Origin: Candidatus Poseidoniaceae archaeon
GTDB taxonomy: Archaea > Thermoplasmatota > Poseidoniia > Poseidoniales > Poseidoniaceae
Reading direction: 5' to 3'
DNA length: 64,000 nt
Assembly (NCBI GenBank): GCA_949373095.1
Contig: CASIBY010000001.1
Location: 68,882 to 132,881 of the forward strand
The notes under the pieces were generated by a model that ran no database searches, was not told the DNA's origin, and saw only the letters and a program-made list of their open reading frames with translations. The position numbers and the translations under genes were made by a program. Numbering within the stretch: position 1 is the first letter of the stretch; every line of letters starts with the position of its first letter. Positions 9,541 through 18,793 of this stretch are shown here, in pieces.

Positions 9541-11109
9541 ATGGCTGACGAGACAAGTTCTTCGAATCAACAAACCATTGAAGTTGATGATGCCGCCGCT
9601 TACTTTGGAGCCACGACATCTTCCGACATGCTTCATACTCTGATGTCAATGCCTCGTGAACAAGCAATGGTTCAATTTTTTGAGATTTTATCTGATATCG
9701 TTCTAAGCCCTGGTGACTTTGATTTTGAAGCAGCAAGTGAGCGTATGCAGTGCGAAGGTGGCGAAATCTACTACCTTGTTGCAGGCCATCTTGCTCTAAT
9801 GAGCATGCCCGATCCATTACTGGAGGCATTAGGTCTTCCGAATTCATCAGGAGACATATTGGGTGCTCGTCTTGCATCCATTACACCAGAACAAGAAGGG
9901 CCCTTGACTCAATTAGCGGACCCAATGCGGATGATGAAAATTTTCGCTGTTGCTCACCAAACCGGCCAAGCCGATGAGATCATGAAGTACACGGTTACCC
10001 TTCAAGGCCACTTGAATTCTGTGGAACAATCGCTGGAAGTACTTGTTAGCATCAACAAAGAATTAGATGCAGCACTCGATGTTACTGGGCACATACTGCC
10101 CCTGCCTTCTCTTGCAAGCGGTTCTGCCGCTCCGTCTGAACTTGCACTGCCTAAATCCGTACCTCCCGTTGCGTCAAGCCCAAAGACCGTTGTACCACTT
10201 CCAAGCACAAAGTCGCCATCAATCCCAATTCCAACGGCTACGCCGACCCCAGAACCCAGCCCTGCCCCTCTAGCAGTTCCACTTCCGAATGAATCGGTCC
10301 AACTGCCTGTCATAGAGGTGGAATCTGCCGTTGAAGAAACCGTGAATGTCGAAAGTGAAAAGCAAGTGGCTCGCGCTACTCAAAATGCGTTTGCAGGAGC
10401 CTTTGATATCGGAATCGGAAGCGAGGAAGCAGCTCCCTCTGTGGTTGAACCGCAGGCTGAAGAAACCATGCAAGTTACTGAGCCTGATATTCTGGAAGAA
10501 CCTGCTCAATATGAGCCGGAAGCAGAGGAAGAAGAATTCGTAAGTGCAGCAGAACATTTCATCGTAGCCGATGAAGATAGCAGCGGTGCGTTATCCATCG
10601 AAGAACTCGCTCAAGCAACCGGTGCAACCCTTGATGAAGCATCGGAATTGCATGCAGAAGCTGATACGGATGGAGACGGAGTTGTTACTCTATCAGAATT
10701 CATCTCATCTCCGGCTGGGGAACGCTCTGTATCTTTGCCTAAACCAGTCGCTCCAGTTCGTAAACCGCTTGGTGGCGGGCAACAATCTGCCCAAGTATCT
10801 CAGCCAGTAAAGCGTCCACAAGCTCTTCCACAGCAGCCCCAGCAACCTCAGCAACCTCAGCAACCTCAGCAACCTCAGCAGCCCCAGCAACCTCAGCAGC
10901 CCCAGCAACCTCAGCAAAACTGGCAGCAGCAACCTCAACAACCACAGCAAAACTGGCAACAGCAACCTCAACCAGGTTGGCCCCAACCCCAAGCTCCAGT
11001 GGTTCAACCCACCATCCGCTCTGGAGTCCATTGCAGAAATTGCGGCATTGGGCTAGATCCTTACTGGCGCTTTTGCCCGGTGTGTGGTCAGCAAAATATG
11101 GGCTACTGA
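9541..11109 (+). CDS. EF-hand pair / Q-P-rich / C-terminal zinc-ribbon protein (hypothetical)
   Basis: 522 aa, ATG preceded by GGGAGGGG. EF-hand loops DEDSSGALSIEE and DTDGDGVVTLSEF. QQP tandem repeats. C-terminal CxxC...CxxC motif (CRNCGIGLDPYWRFCPVCG). The N-terminal ~190 aa are not recognised. Confidence 0.8.
   Translation: MADETSSSNQQTIEVDDAAAYFGATTSSDMLHTLMSMPREQAMVQFFEILSDIVLSPGDFDFEAASERMQCEGGEIYYLVAGHLALMSMPDPLLEALGLPNSSGDILGARLASITPEQEGPLTQLADPMRMMKIFAVAHQTGQADEIMKYTVTLQGHLNSVEQSLEVLVSINKELDAALDVTGHILPLPSLASGSAAPSELALPKSVPPVASSPKTVVPLPSTKSPSIPIPTATPTPEPSPAPLAVPLPNESVQLPVIEVESAVEETVNVESEKQVARATQNAFAGAFDIGIGSEEAAPSVVEPQAEETMQVTEPDILEEPAQYEPEAEEEEFVSAAEHFIVADEDSSGALSIEELAQATGATLDEASELHAEADTDGDGVVTLSEFISSPAGERSVSLPKPVAPVRKPLGGGQQSAQVSQPVKRPQALPQQPQQPQQPQQPQQPQQPQQPQQPQQPQQNWQQQPQQPQQNWQQQPQPGWPQPQAPVVQPTIRSGVHCRNCGIGLDPYWRFCPVCGQQNMGY
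10831..10975 (+). repeat. in-frame 9-nt tandem repeat (CAGCAACCT/CAGCAGCCC) encoding (QQP)n
   Basis: cagcagccccagcaacctcagcaacctcagcaacctcagcaacctcagcagccccagcaacct... is read directly. It degenerates into QNWQQQPQQP units. Confidence 0.85.
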
Positions 11110-11111
11110 GT

Positions 11112-12272
11112 CTACTTGTGGATGAATTGTCCTTCTTCGACCAATACCGTTTCATCAAGCCAAATGCTTGGTGAGTTCATGACTCCTGAAACGTGGATGC
11201 CGACGGCAGCAGCACCGCCAAGTGTTGTATTGTCTCCGATTGAAAAGTAGGCAGTACCGAGGCGCTTCTCATCCTCGAGGACACTTCCCATCAACCTTGC
11301 TTGTGGATTCATGCCGAATCCAAATTCGGCAACAGTCCAAACATTTTCTTGCTCTTTGCTTCGTAACCGCTTTGCTGCTTCCCCAAAGGCCTGTCGGATT
11401 TGTGCAGCAGCAGTGCCTCCCTTAACATCAACAACCAACCCATCCTCGATCTGAAGCACAATGGGCTCGTCAACTAGTGTAGAGTCCCATGAGCCATCAA
11501 TCACGACGGTTCCGTTCATGGTTCCCTCTCTTGGAAGGGTGAATATTTTTCCAGCAGGGAGGTTGGTTAGCATTCTTGGGCGATTACAAATTCCGTTATC
11601 ATCCAGTTTCCATTCTCTCCAATTGACTTCAAAGGTCACATTGGTACCGGCATCTGACTTTACATTGACAATACGTTTTCTCCTGAGAACAGGTGTCATC
11701 TCTCCTATGTTCTTCTTTATCAATGCAAAGTCTGCAGACATTCCCCCACTGGTGAACATTTCATTGGTCATCCCGGGCATGGTTGCCACCCGAGCACCGT
11801 CCTTGATGGCTTGACGTACCGCTCTTGTGTGGGTGAGGGAGTACCGGGTAGGGGCTATCACTACTTGTTGTTGGCGCATTAGATTTACGACCGGAGCAGG
11901 TGGCTCTTCACCGTGGTGACGCCCTTTGGGCATCACGACCAACAATACTCGGTCGGAGCGTTTACTGGCGGCGTCGTGCAATGCTTGGCCAATATCGGTT
12001 GTTGTTGGGTCGCAAACAATGAGAATATTTTCCCCTCGGCGCAAATCCATACAGATGTCAATAACGGTAATAGCGCTTTTTTCCATCAATTCATCCATGC
12101 CCACTTCCGAATCATTCTGTTCAACACTATCAGTTTCTAGGATTGTAACCGGTGATGGTTCAAGTTCAGTAATCGGAATCAATTGGCTTTCAGAGATGGC
12201 TTCATTCAAGTCAGTATCTACGGAAGTTTTCGGAGTGCCGTCCTTACCTTTTCGCCGGAAAGGGGACACCAT
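11112..12272 (-). CDS. M29-family aminopeptidase (aminopeptidase T / AmpS-like)
   Basis: 386 aa. Family-typical blocks: NLPAGKIFTLP, AEFGFGMNPQA, LEDEKRLGTAYFSIGDN. The N-terminal ~58 aa are low-complexity, so the true start may be the internal Met (MDELMEKS). Confidence 0.8.
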   Translation of the reverse strand: MVSPFRRKGKDGTPKTSVDTDLNEAISESQLIPITELEPSPVTILETDSVEQNDSEVGMDELMEKSAITVIDICMDLRRGENILIVCDPTTTDIGQALHDAASKRSDRVLLVVMPKGRHHGEEPPAPVVNLMRQQQVVIAPTRYSLTHTRAVRQAIKDGARVATMPGMTNEMFTSGGMSADFALIKKNIGEMTPVLRRKRIVNVKSDAGTNVTFEVNWREWKLDDNGICNRPRMLTNLPAGKIFTLPREGTMNGTVVIDGSWDSTLVDEPIVLQIEDGLVVDVKGGTAAAQIRQAFGEAAKRLRSKEQENVWTVAEFGFGMNPQARLMGSVLEDEKRLGTAYFSIGDNTTLGGAAAVGIHVSGVMNSPSIWLDETVLVEEGQFIHK

Positions 12273-12390
12273 GCTACCCGTAGAATTCTATGCTTCTTCA
12301 ATGTGTGGTTTGTTCTTTGGGGTGAAGAGAAATTTGTTTTCGTTTTTTTTTGAAGGGAGTGTTCAAGAACACCCAAGAATTCGTAAAGCC

Positions 12391-13890
12391 ATGCAAGCCT
12401 ATGATGACTTTTTGATTCGTGTTCAAGATATCCACCGTTTCAGTTCGTTACAAGGTCATCTCGGGTGGGATCAAGAGGTATTGATGCCCCCGAAGGGAGG
12501 CGAATCTCGGAGCGAAATTCTAGCATGGTTGGCAGGGAAACGTCATCAACATCTTACTGACCCAGAAATGGGCAAGCTCCTCTCACATCTTGAGTCTGAA
12601 GGCCTGGACGTGGACCAATCTGCTAACGTCCGAGAAATGCGTCGGGCGTTTGACCAAGCAATCAAACTACCAAAGGAATTCGTAGAAGCGTTTGCAAAAG
12701 CCCGTTCTGAAGCCCTTGTTGCATGGCAAGAAGCACGGATTGCATCCGATTTCTCGATGTTTAAAGATACATTAGAAACCTTGGTTGAAATGACAAAAAC
12801 AAAGATTGGATATCTCGGCGTGACTAGCACACCTTATGATGTGCTGTTGGATGAGTACGAGGTCGGTATGACCGTTGCCGATTACGACCCTCTCTTTGAA
12901 GGACTAAAGCAACGTTTGGTACCTTTGCTTCAATCTATTACAAATGCCCAGAAACACCAGACGGCCCCGATGCTCCCTGATAGCCTTCGGTTTTCGATTC
13001 CTGCGCAAGAGAAGTTTTGTGAGGGGATCTCCTCACGAATGGGCTTTGATTTTGAAGGAGGACGTATGGATGCGTCAACCCATCCCTTTTCAGCAGGACT
13101 ATGGCCCGGAGATACGCGCTTCACAACCCGATTTGACGATAAGGATCCCTTTTCCTGCTTGTACGCTGTAATGCATGAAACCGGTCATGCGCTTTACGAA
13201 CAGGGCCTTGGCCGAGCGCATCGTTTTACTCCACGCGGTGCAGCTGTTTCGTTGGGCGTGCACGAATCTCAGAGCCGCTTCTGGGAAAACCAAATCGGTC
13301 GCACTGCTGCATTCTGGGATGTTGCCCTACCGCTCTTTTATGCCGAATTCCCTGATGCTCCTGAGTGGGATTCACAAACCATGAATCGGATTGCCAATAA
13401 GGTTGAAAAAGGTTTTATTCGTGTAGAAGCAGATGAAGTGACTTACAACTTACACGTAATGCTGAGGTACGAAATCGAAAAGAAATTGTTCAACGGAGAC
13501 CTTTCTGTTGAAGATCTACCAAATGCGTGGAATACAATGTTCAAGGAATGGTTTGGAGTTGATGTGCCGGAAGATCGACTTGGCTGTCTCCAAGATATTC
13601 ACTGGTCCATGGGCGCATTTGGCTACTTCCCGACCTATACGCTAGGTAACCTCTATGCGGCCCAACTCTTAGAGGCCATGCGCGACGATCTTGGAGATAT
13701 TGACAAGATGATTTCCTCTGGTGATTGGAGTCCAATGTTGGACTGGCTCCGGCCCAGAATACATGAGCGAGGCAGTCAAGTCACTCCTAGTGAACTCATA
13801 GAAGATGCTACAGGAAAAGCACCTACGCCAGAACCCTTCCTCAATTATATCGAGGAAAAGTACCGAGCACTGTATCAACTTAGTGAGTAA
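12391..13890 (+). CDS. M32 carboxypeptidase (Taq-type metallocarboxypeptidase)
   Basis: HETGHALYEQG (HExxH), HPFS, HESQSRFWEN and DIHWSMGAFGYFPTYTLGN are the M32 hallmark blocks. ATG at 12391 gives a ~499-aa protein of the expected size. The ORF-track start at 11926 runs antisense through the neighbouring gene. Confidence 0.85.
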   Translation: MQAYDDFLIRVQDIHRFSSLQGHLGWDQEVLMPPKGGESRSEILAWLAGKRHQHLTDPEMGKLLSHLESEGLDVDQSANVREMRRAFDQAIKLPKEFVEAFAKARSEALVAWQEARIASDFSMFKDTLETLVEMTKTKIGYLGVTSTPYDVLLDEYEVGMTVADYDPLFEGLKQRLVPLLQSITNAQKHQTAPMLPDSLRFSIPAQEKFCEGISSRMGFDFEGGRMDASTHPFSAGLWPGDTRFTTRFDDKDPFSCLYAVMHETGHALYEQGLGRAHRFTPRGAAVSLGVHESQSRFWENQIGRTAAFWDVALPLFYAEFPDAPEWDSQTMNRIANKVEKGFIRVEADEVTYNLHVMLRYEIEKKLFNGDLSVEDLPNAWNTMFKEWFGVDVPEDRLGCLQDIHWSMGAFGYFPTYTLGNLYAAQLLEAMRDDLGDIDKMISSGDWSPMLDWLRPRIHERGSQVTPSELIEDATGKAPTPEPFLNYIEEKYRALYQLSE

Positions 13891-15300
13891 TTATTCCCAA
13901 GGCGTCATAATGATTGGTTCGCCAACTTCACCGGGCTCAACCAAGATTTTTCCTTTCTGACCAGTTGCAGTCGTTCGTTCAAAGACAGGGATTCCTGCAA
14001 CAACCGTCACTTGAGCCCAACCTACGAGTGCATGGCCTCTGAAGGGGCTCCAGCCGACTCTGCTCCAAGCATTCTTGTCTTCCACGACCGCTTCATTCAT
14101 CATATCAACAAGGACAACATCGCCGTCATTCCCTTTCTGCAAGAGACCTTTACCTGTCATGTTGTAGCAATCCGCGACATTCGTTGACATCCAACGTACA
14201 ACATCTTCAATGCTGCATTTTCCATCTTTTGCGTGGGTGAGCATGACTGCGAGCGATGTATCAACGCCAGGCATGCCGCTTGGTGCCTTTGGGAACCCGA
14301 GGGCCTTCGCTTCCAATGTGTGGGGAGCATGGTCAGTCGCAATACATTGGATGGTTCCGTTTATCATGTGATTCCAAAGCAGTTCGCGGTCCTTCTTGTA
14401 ACGAATTGGTGGATTCATTTTCAGACGAGTCCCTTCTCGTGTCACGTCGTCTTCGTCAAACGTCAAGTGCTGAGGAAGCGTTTCGGTTGTGATGATTGCT
14501 CCTGATTCTCCAGCCTGACTTGGAAGAGTAGTCTTTCCCTCTAGCCAATCGGCTTCTAAGCCACTTGTCAAATGAAGTACATGCAAGCGATGTCCAGTGG
14601 ATTGGGCCAATTCAACAGCGAGCTCTGTCGCCAAGAGGGCGGTGACATCATCTCTCCATTCAGCATGTGCAGCGATATCAGTTCGTGATTTGAATACCTC
14701 AAACCGCTCAATGAGCCGTTGTTCATCTTCAGCATGTACGGCGATTAATCCTGCAGTATTTCCAAAAATAGTTTCCAAGGCTTTTCTTTCGTTAACCAAG
14801 AGGGTACCGGTCGAGGATCCCATGAATACCTTGATGCCACAAATCCCAGGTATGGCGAGTGGGGCGTCAGGAGTACCAACGGCTTCTTGCAGGTCAGCAA
14901 CGTTGTCTGGAGTTGCTCCAATGAAAAAGCCATAATTGTTCACGCATTTTTGGGATGCAGTGTCCAATTTCATGTTCATTCCTTCCATCGTGGTAATGGA
15001 AGGTTTGTTGTTTGGCATGTCAAGGAATGAGGTCACTCCTCCGCTGACCGCTGCGGCCGATCCAGACCCCAAATCTTCTTTCTCAGATTGGCCAGGATCG
15101 CGGAAATGACATTGTGGGTCAATCATTCCAGGAAGGAGGTGGAGGCCTTCTGCTTCTATCAAAAGTTCATCGTCTTGGGGCGTTAAGGAACCCGTAGTAT
15201 CAATGGTCTCAATGACTCCGTTTTGAATCCTTAAATCTCCTATTATGGTTTGATTTGGTAGGACCATCGTTGCGCCCCGAATCAATATATTGCCTCTCAT
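13891..15300 (-). CDS. pyrC: dihydroorotase
   Basis: Amidohydrolase blocks DPQCHFRDPG, AVHAED and ATDHAPH. ATG at 15300 (MRGNILIRGA..) is the likely start. The stop abuts the stop of the convergent M32 gene. Confidence 0.85.
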   Translation of the reverse strand: MRGNILIRGATMVLPNQTIIGDLRIQNGVIETIDTTGSLTPQDDELLIEAEGLHLLPGMIDPQCHFRDPGQSEKEDLGSGSAAAVSGGVTSFLDMPNNKPSITTMEGMNMKLDTASQKCVNNYGFFIGATPDNVADLQEAVGTPDAPLAIPGICGIKVFMGSSTGTLLVNERKALETIFGNTAGLIAVHAEDEQRLIERFEVFKSRTDIAAHAEWRDDVTALLATELAVELAQSTGHRLHVLHLTSGLEADWLEGKTTLPSQAGESGAIITTETLPQHLTFDEDDVTREGTRLKMNPPIRYKKDRELLWNHMINGTIQCIATDHAPHTLEAKALGFPKAPSGMPGVDTSLAVMLTHAKDGKCSIEDVVRWMSTNVADCYNMTGKGLLQKGNDGDVVLVDMMNEAVVEDKNAWSRVGWSPFRGHALVGWAQVTVVAGIPVFERTTATGQKGKILVEPGEVGEPIIMTPWE

Positions 15301-15357
15301 ATTCAATCTCCAAACCGTTGCTGATGCGGTCAGCACATCAATATGGCGATGGGGATA

Positions 15358-15942
15358 TCATGTACGAGAAGCGCCTTTGGGCCGGAATGCGTCGCAAAGC
15401 TTTGGGTCCATATCCATGTAAGGACCGTTCATTAAATCAACACAGTATGGAACGGATTTCCAAATCTCATCAATAGTTTCCCGAATCGCCTTTGGTCGCC
15501 CGGGAAGATTGAATATAAGGCTCGAGGCTCTGAGACCACCAACTTGACGAGACAAGATTGCAGTTGGCACATAAGCGAGCGATATGCTACGCATCTGTTC
15601 GCCAAAACCGGGCATCATTCTATCGCAAACGGCAATGGTAGCCTCTGGAGTAACATCTCTTGGAGCAGGTCCAGTGCCTCCTGTTGTAACGATTACATCG
15701 CACCCGAATTCATCGGTCAAGGCCTTGAGGGTGTTCTCAATGACTTCCTGTTCATCGCGAACACATCGGTAATGAGTGGTCCAGGGGCTCTTGATCGCTT
15801 CATCAAAGAAGGAAAGAATTGCAGGGCCGCCTTCGTCAACATACACTCCTTGACTTGCACGGTCGCTGACGGTCACAATTCCGAGGGTGACGGAATCTCC
15901 AACATGGCCGACTCGGCCCTCTCGTGATGTTTGTTGGTCCAT
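15358..15942 (-). CDS. mogA: molybdopterin adenylyltransferase MogA/MoaB family
   Basis: 194 aa. Blocks IVTVSDRAS and VIVTTGGTGPAPRDVTPEAT (MoCF_biosynth domain). Confidence 0.8.
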   Translation of the reverse strand: MDQQTSREGRVGHVGDSVTLGIVTVSDRASQGVYVDEGGPAILSFFDEAIKSPWTTHYRCVRDEQEVIENTLKALTDEFGCDVIVTTGGTGPAPRDVTPEATIAVCDRMMPGFGEQMRSISLAYVPTAILSRQVGGLRASSLIFNLPGRPKAIRETIDEIWKSVPYCVDLMNGPYMDMDPKLCDAFRPKGASRT

Positions 15943-15951
15943 TGAACCGCC

Positions 15952-18078
15952 TCACTGATCGCCGTACTTTGCTACGATGTCTGCGTGGAAGTTATCGAGA
16001 AGCGTATCTTCAAACAATTCGGTTTGACGGCGCATCTTGGTTGAGCGAATATGCAGGACAGCCATGAGGATGAAGACGATAATTATCATTGGAATGAAAA
16101 CCTCTAGCTTGTATTGGTGCATGAATTTCACAATTCCTTCAGCAGTATATGCCCAGGTGATTGATGCGATTGAACCACCAACAAACGTGGCAATGAGCAC
16201 GCGCATGAACTGCATGCGTGAGAGCAAGCCCAGCATGGCTCCGACAAGTACTCCAGAGGCCATGAACGGAATCCAAACGAAGACGATTAACCCCCAGAAG
16301 CCCCATTTGTTGATCATCTCTCGCTTCTCATTAGCCATGTATTCAACGGTTGAAAGCGTGTCTCCAAGGAATTTGGTTTGGAGCATTCGGCCGCCTAAAC
16401 CATCTTGGCGGGCAATTGCAACGACTCTGTCATCGTTGGCTGACTTTCTCTCTACACGGCCCGCTCCGGACCGGTCAGCGAGGGTTGAAACTTCGTTTCG
16501 TGTTTTTACAACCAATTCTTGAGCGCCAAGAAGTTCTTCATTACGCTCTGAAATAAAGGTGAACAATTCATCCTTGATCTGAGTCGACGTTTTGTCAAAG
16601 CGGAAGAACGCAAACCTTTGTGTTGGTCTGTAGATGACGGAAACGAATACAACTCTGTCGTCGCTTGTAACGACGGCACCGTTCATTTCGACATCATTGC
16701 GGCGGGTGAAGAAGAGATCCAAACTGTCTCGGACATCGTCTTCAACTCTTGAAAGTGAGTGCAACTCCGAAAAGAACGAGGAGTAATCTTGACGCTCTTC
16801 GGCTTCGTCACCACTGACGACACGAGTTCCGATTCCAACTCCTGAGTCGAAATCTATTGATTGGCCTGCGCCAATGATTCGCACGTTGAGTTGAACAGGC
16901 TTGAATACTCGGAAAATTGCAAACTCTTCAAGAAGGTTCCGAAGGATTTCTGCTCGTATTTCTTTTGCGTCAGAAAGGGTGTTTTCAGTGTTCTTATAGG
17001 CTACCATAATGTCAATTGACAGGTCCCTTGTTTCGACTTTGAATAAATCATGGTCAACCTCTACATTGAGGCGATTTGCTATATCTGTGACGGTATCTTC
17101 TACCAGTCGAGCAATGTGATTGCGGGAAAGGATATCGTCGGTATCTTGGTGATAGACCTTGTACATGAGCGGATAAAGAACAAGCAGTGAAATGAGTGAG
17201 AGTGAAAGAGAAGTGAAGGCCATCCACCATGCGGGGATTCCAGCCGCACCTCCGGTAAGCATGGCGGTTTCACGACCACCACCTAACTCGGCACCCATTA
17301 GCAGGTAACCCCAATCCCCGAGGTCCTGTACTGTCCAGCATGATCGTGAGCCAGCATCGTCTATACGCACATCTGAATGCTCCGTATCATCAATAAACGG
17401 TAGGAATGAGAGCGCTTCACTTGAAATAGTGAGTTCGAAACTAATGACTTTGGTCATGGATTGCATGACAAAGGGAGAACTGATGTTCCTTTCTTCATAC
17501 ACCGTCAATCGGAATTTCAGGTCGTACTCACCTTCAGCCAAGTCAGAGAACGGCGCTATGAAGTATGCTCTGCCTGAGTTATTCTCCTCTTCTTGAACGG
17601 TACGAGTTGTTTCATCGGTCATCACAACCTCATTTGCTCCATCTTTCTCTTCAATGGAATAGTTGAGAAACGCCACCCCGTTCGGAAGGTTATGGCCGGC
17701 TATTGAAAATAATTCACGATCAGGGTCAGGGAATATATTGAGCCATGGTTCATCGGAGATTTCTTCACATTCATCGCCAATATCCAAAAAAGTAGTCGAC
17801 GCTTTGTGGTCAAGGGCTGTTGTGTTTCCAAAGACACCCGAGGACATTGAGAAGAGGAGTAAAGCAAATAACATACCGTAAACAAGCCCTCCCATCAACA
17901 CGAAATCCTCGATGTTGGACAAGAAACTCTTTCCACTTCCCATTCGGCGTTGACGAATTTCTTGGAGTTCCTTTGTCTCCTTATTTCGTGATTTTGTATG
18001 TTCCTCATGAGCGTCGAGAGATGCCTCATGGTCTGCCGCTCCCTTGCCCATAGTGAGGGCAAGTCGGAACTTCCTCAT
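15952..18078 (-). CDS. multi-domain membrane protein; C-terminus resembles the small multidrug export (PF06695-like) domain
   Basis: 708 aa. N-terminal TM, ~200-aa extracytoplasmic domain, central TM pair, cytoplasmic domain and C-terminal TM bundle (WGFWGLIVFVWIPFMASGVLVGAMLGLLS...). The family call is tentative. Lies 9 nt upstream of mogA on the same strand. Confidence 0.65.
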   Translation of the reverse strand: MRKFRLALTMGKGAADHEASLDAHEEHTKSRNKETKELQEIRQRRMGSGKSFLSNIEDFVLMGGLVYGMLFALLLFSMSSGVFGNTTALDHKASTTFLDIGDECEEISDEPWLNIFPDPDRELFSIAGHNLPNGVAFLNYSIEEKDGANEVVMTDETTRTVQEEENNSGRAYFIAPFSDLAEGEYDLKFRLTVYEERNISSPFVMQSMTKVISFELTISSEALSFLPFIDDTEHSDVRIDDAGSRSCWTVQDLGDWGYLLMGAELGGGRETAMLTGGAAGIPAWWMAFTSLSLSLISLLVLYPLMYKVYHQDTDDILSRNHIARLVEDTVTDIANRLNVEVDHDLFKVETRDLSIDIMVAYKNTENTLSDAKEIRAEILRNLLEEFAIFRVFKPVQLNVRIIGAGQSIDFDSGVGIGTRVVSGDEAEERQDYSSFFSELHSLSRVEDDVRDSLDLFFTRRNDVEMNGAVVTSDDRVVFVSVIYRPTQRFAFFRFDKTSTQIKDELFTFISERNEELLGAQELVVKTRNEVSTLADRSGAGRVERKSANDDRVVAIARQDGLGGRMLQTKFLGDTLSTVEYMANEKREMINKWGFWGLIVFVWIPFMASGVLVGAMLGLLSRMQFMRVLIATFVGGSIASITWAYTAEGIVKFMHQYKLEVFIPMIIIVFILMAVLHIRSTKMRRQTELFEDTLLDNFHADIVAKYGDQ

Positions 18079-18188
18079 GAACCCTTTTCTCTTTAAAGTT
18101 GAGGGGTTCGTTCACTAAGGCTGTTTCTATAGATTTTTAGTGCGGCTCATCAATGCTTCAAACGAACGGCTAGTGGTAGGCCAATTTC

Positions 18189-18605
18189 TTATTTATTGGC
18201 GACGTCGTCCCAAAAATTTTCGCTCTTTTCAATGTCTGTTTGAGGTGTTGATTCCTGTTTTTCAGCTGGGGATGGAGCGGTATGGAATTCGTCTAGAAAG
18301 TCTCTTGATGTTGTTCGTTCATGTTCTTTGTGAAGTCGTTTAAGCGTAAAGTCACTCTCCGGGAAGAGCGCCATTCGTAATGAAATACATCCTCCAACTT
18401 GAACCATGAGGCCAGCAAATAGAAACGGTAAAGAGAAGCAAATCATAAAGATGCTCAGCATCACGCTTTCACCAAAAATGGGCGGCAGTATCAAGAATGG
18501 AACAAGGGTAAACGGCATTCCGAAGCAAATTAGGAAGATCCCAGATAAGACTGCACCTAGTCGTTGCGTTGGTTCAAAACCCGTTATGTCGTTTTTACTA
18601 TCCAT
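18189..18605 (-). CDS. small integral membrane protein (hypothetical)
   Basis: 138 aa with three predicted TM helices and an acidic C-terminal tail. No family recognised. Confidence 0.5.
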   Translation of the reverse strand: MDSKNDITGFEPTQRLGAVLSGIFLICFGMPFTLVPFLILPPIFGESVMLSIFMICFSLPFLFAGLMVQVGGCISLRMALFPESDFTLKRLHKEHERTTSRDFLDEFHTAPSPAEKQESTPQTDIEKSENFWDDVANK

Positions 18606-18630
18606 GATTTGTCCTCACGGCAGTGAATGT

Positions 18631-18706
18631 TGGTGGGTTAGGCCGGACTTGAACCAGCGACCTCGGCATCTTCAGTGCCGCGCTCTCCCAACTAAGCTAC
18701 TAACCC
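18631..18706 (-). tRNA. tRNA-Phe (GAA), CCA encoded
   Basis: The reverse complement reads GGGTTAG TA GCTT AGTTGGGA GAGC G CGGCA CTGAAGA TGCCG AGGTC GCTGG TTCAAGT CCGGC CTAACCC A CCA. This folds into a full cloverleaf with anticodon GAA. Confidence 0.95.
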
Positions 18707-18793
18707 GTACATTCTTTGCGAGTGCCCTCGCCATATCAAGCCTTCCGATGTAGCCTTTTCACTGGGCCGTTCAAAAGAAAGCTCTATTGAACC

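Noticed and set aside
10705-11158. L/R-rich and A/E/V-rich minus-strand ORFs across the QQP repeat.
   Set aside because: They are the reverse-complement reading of the CAG/CCT repeat, not independent genes.
11926-12390. 5' extension of the M32 carboxypeptidase ORF (654-aa version).
   Set aside because: The extension runs antisense through the start of the M29 aminopeptidase gene and has no peptidase similarity. ATG 12391 gives the canonical ~500-aa M32 length.
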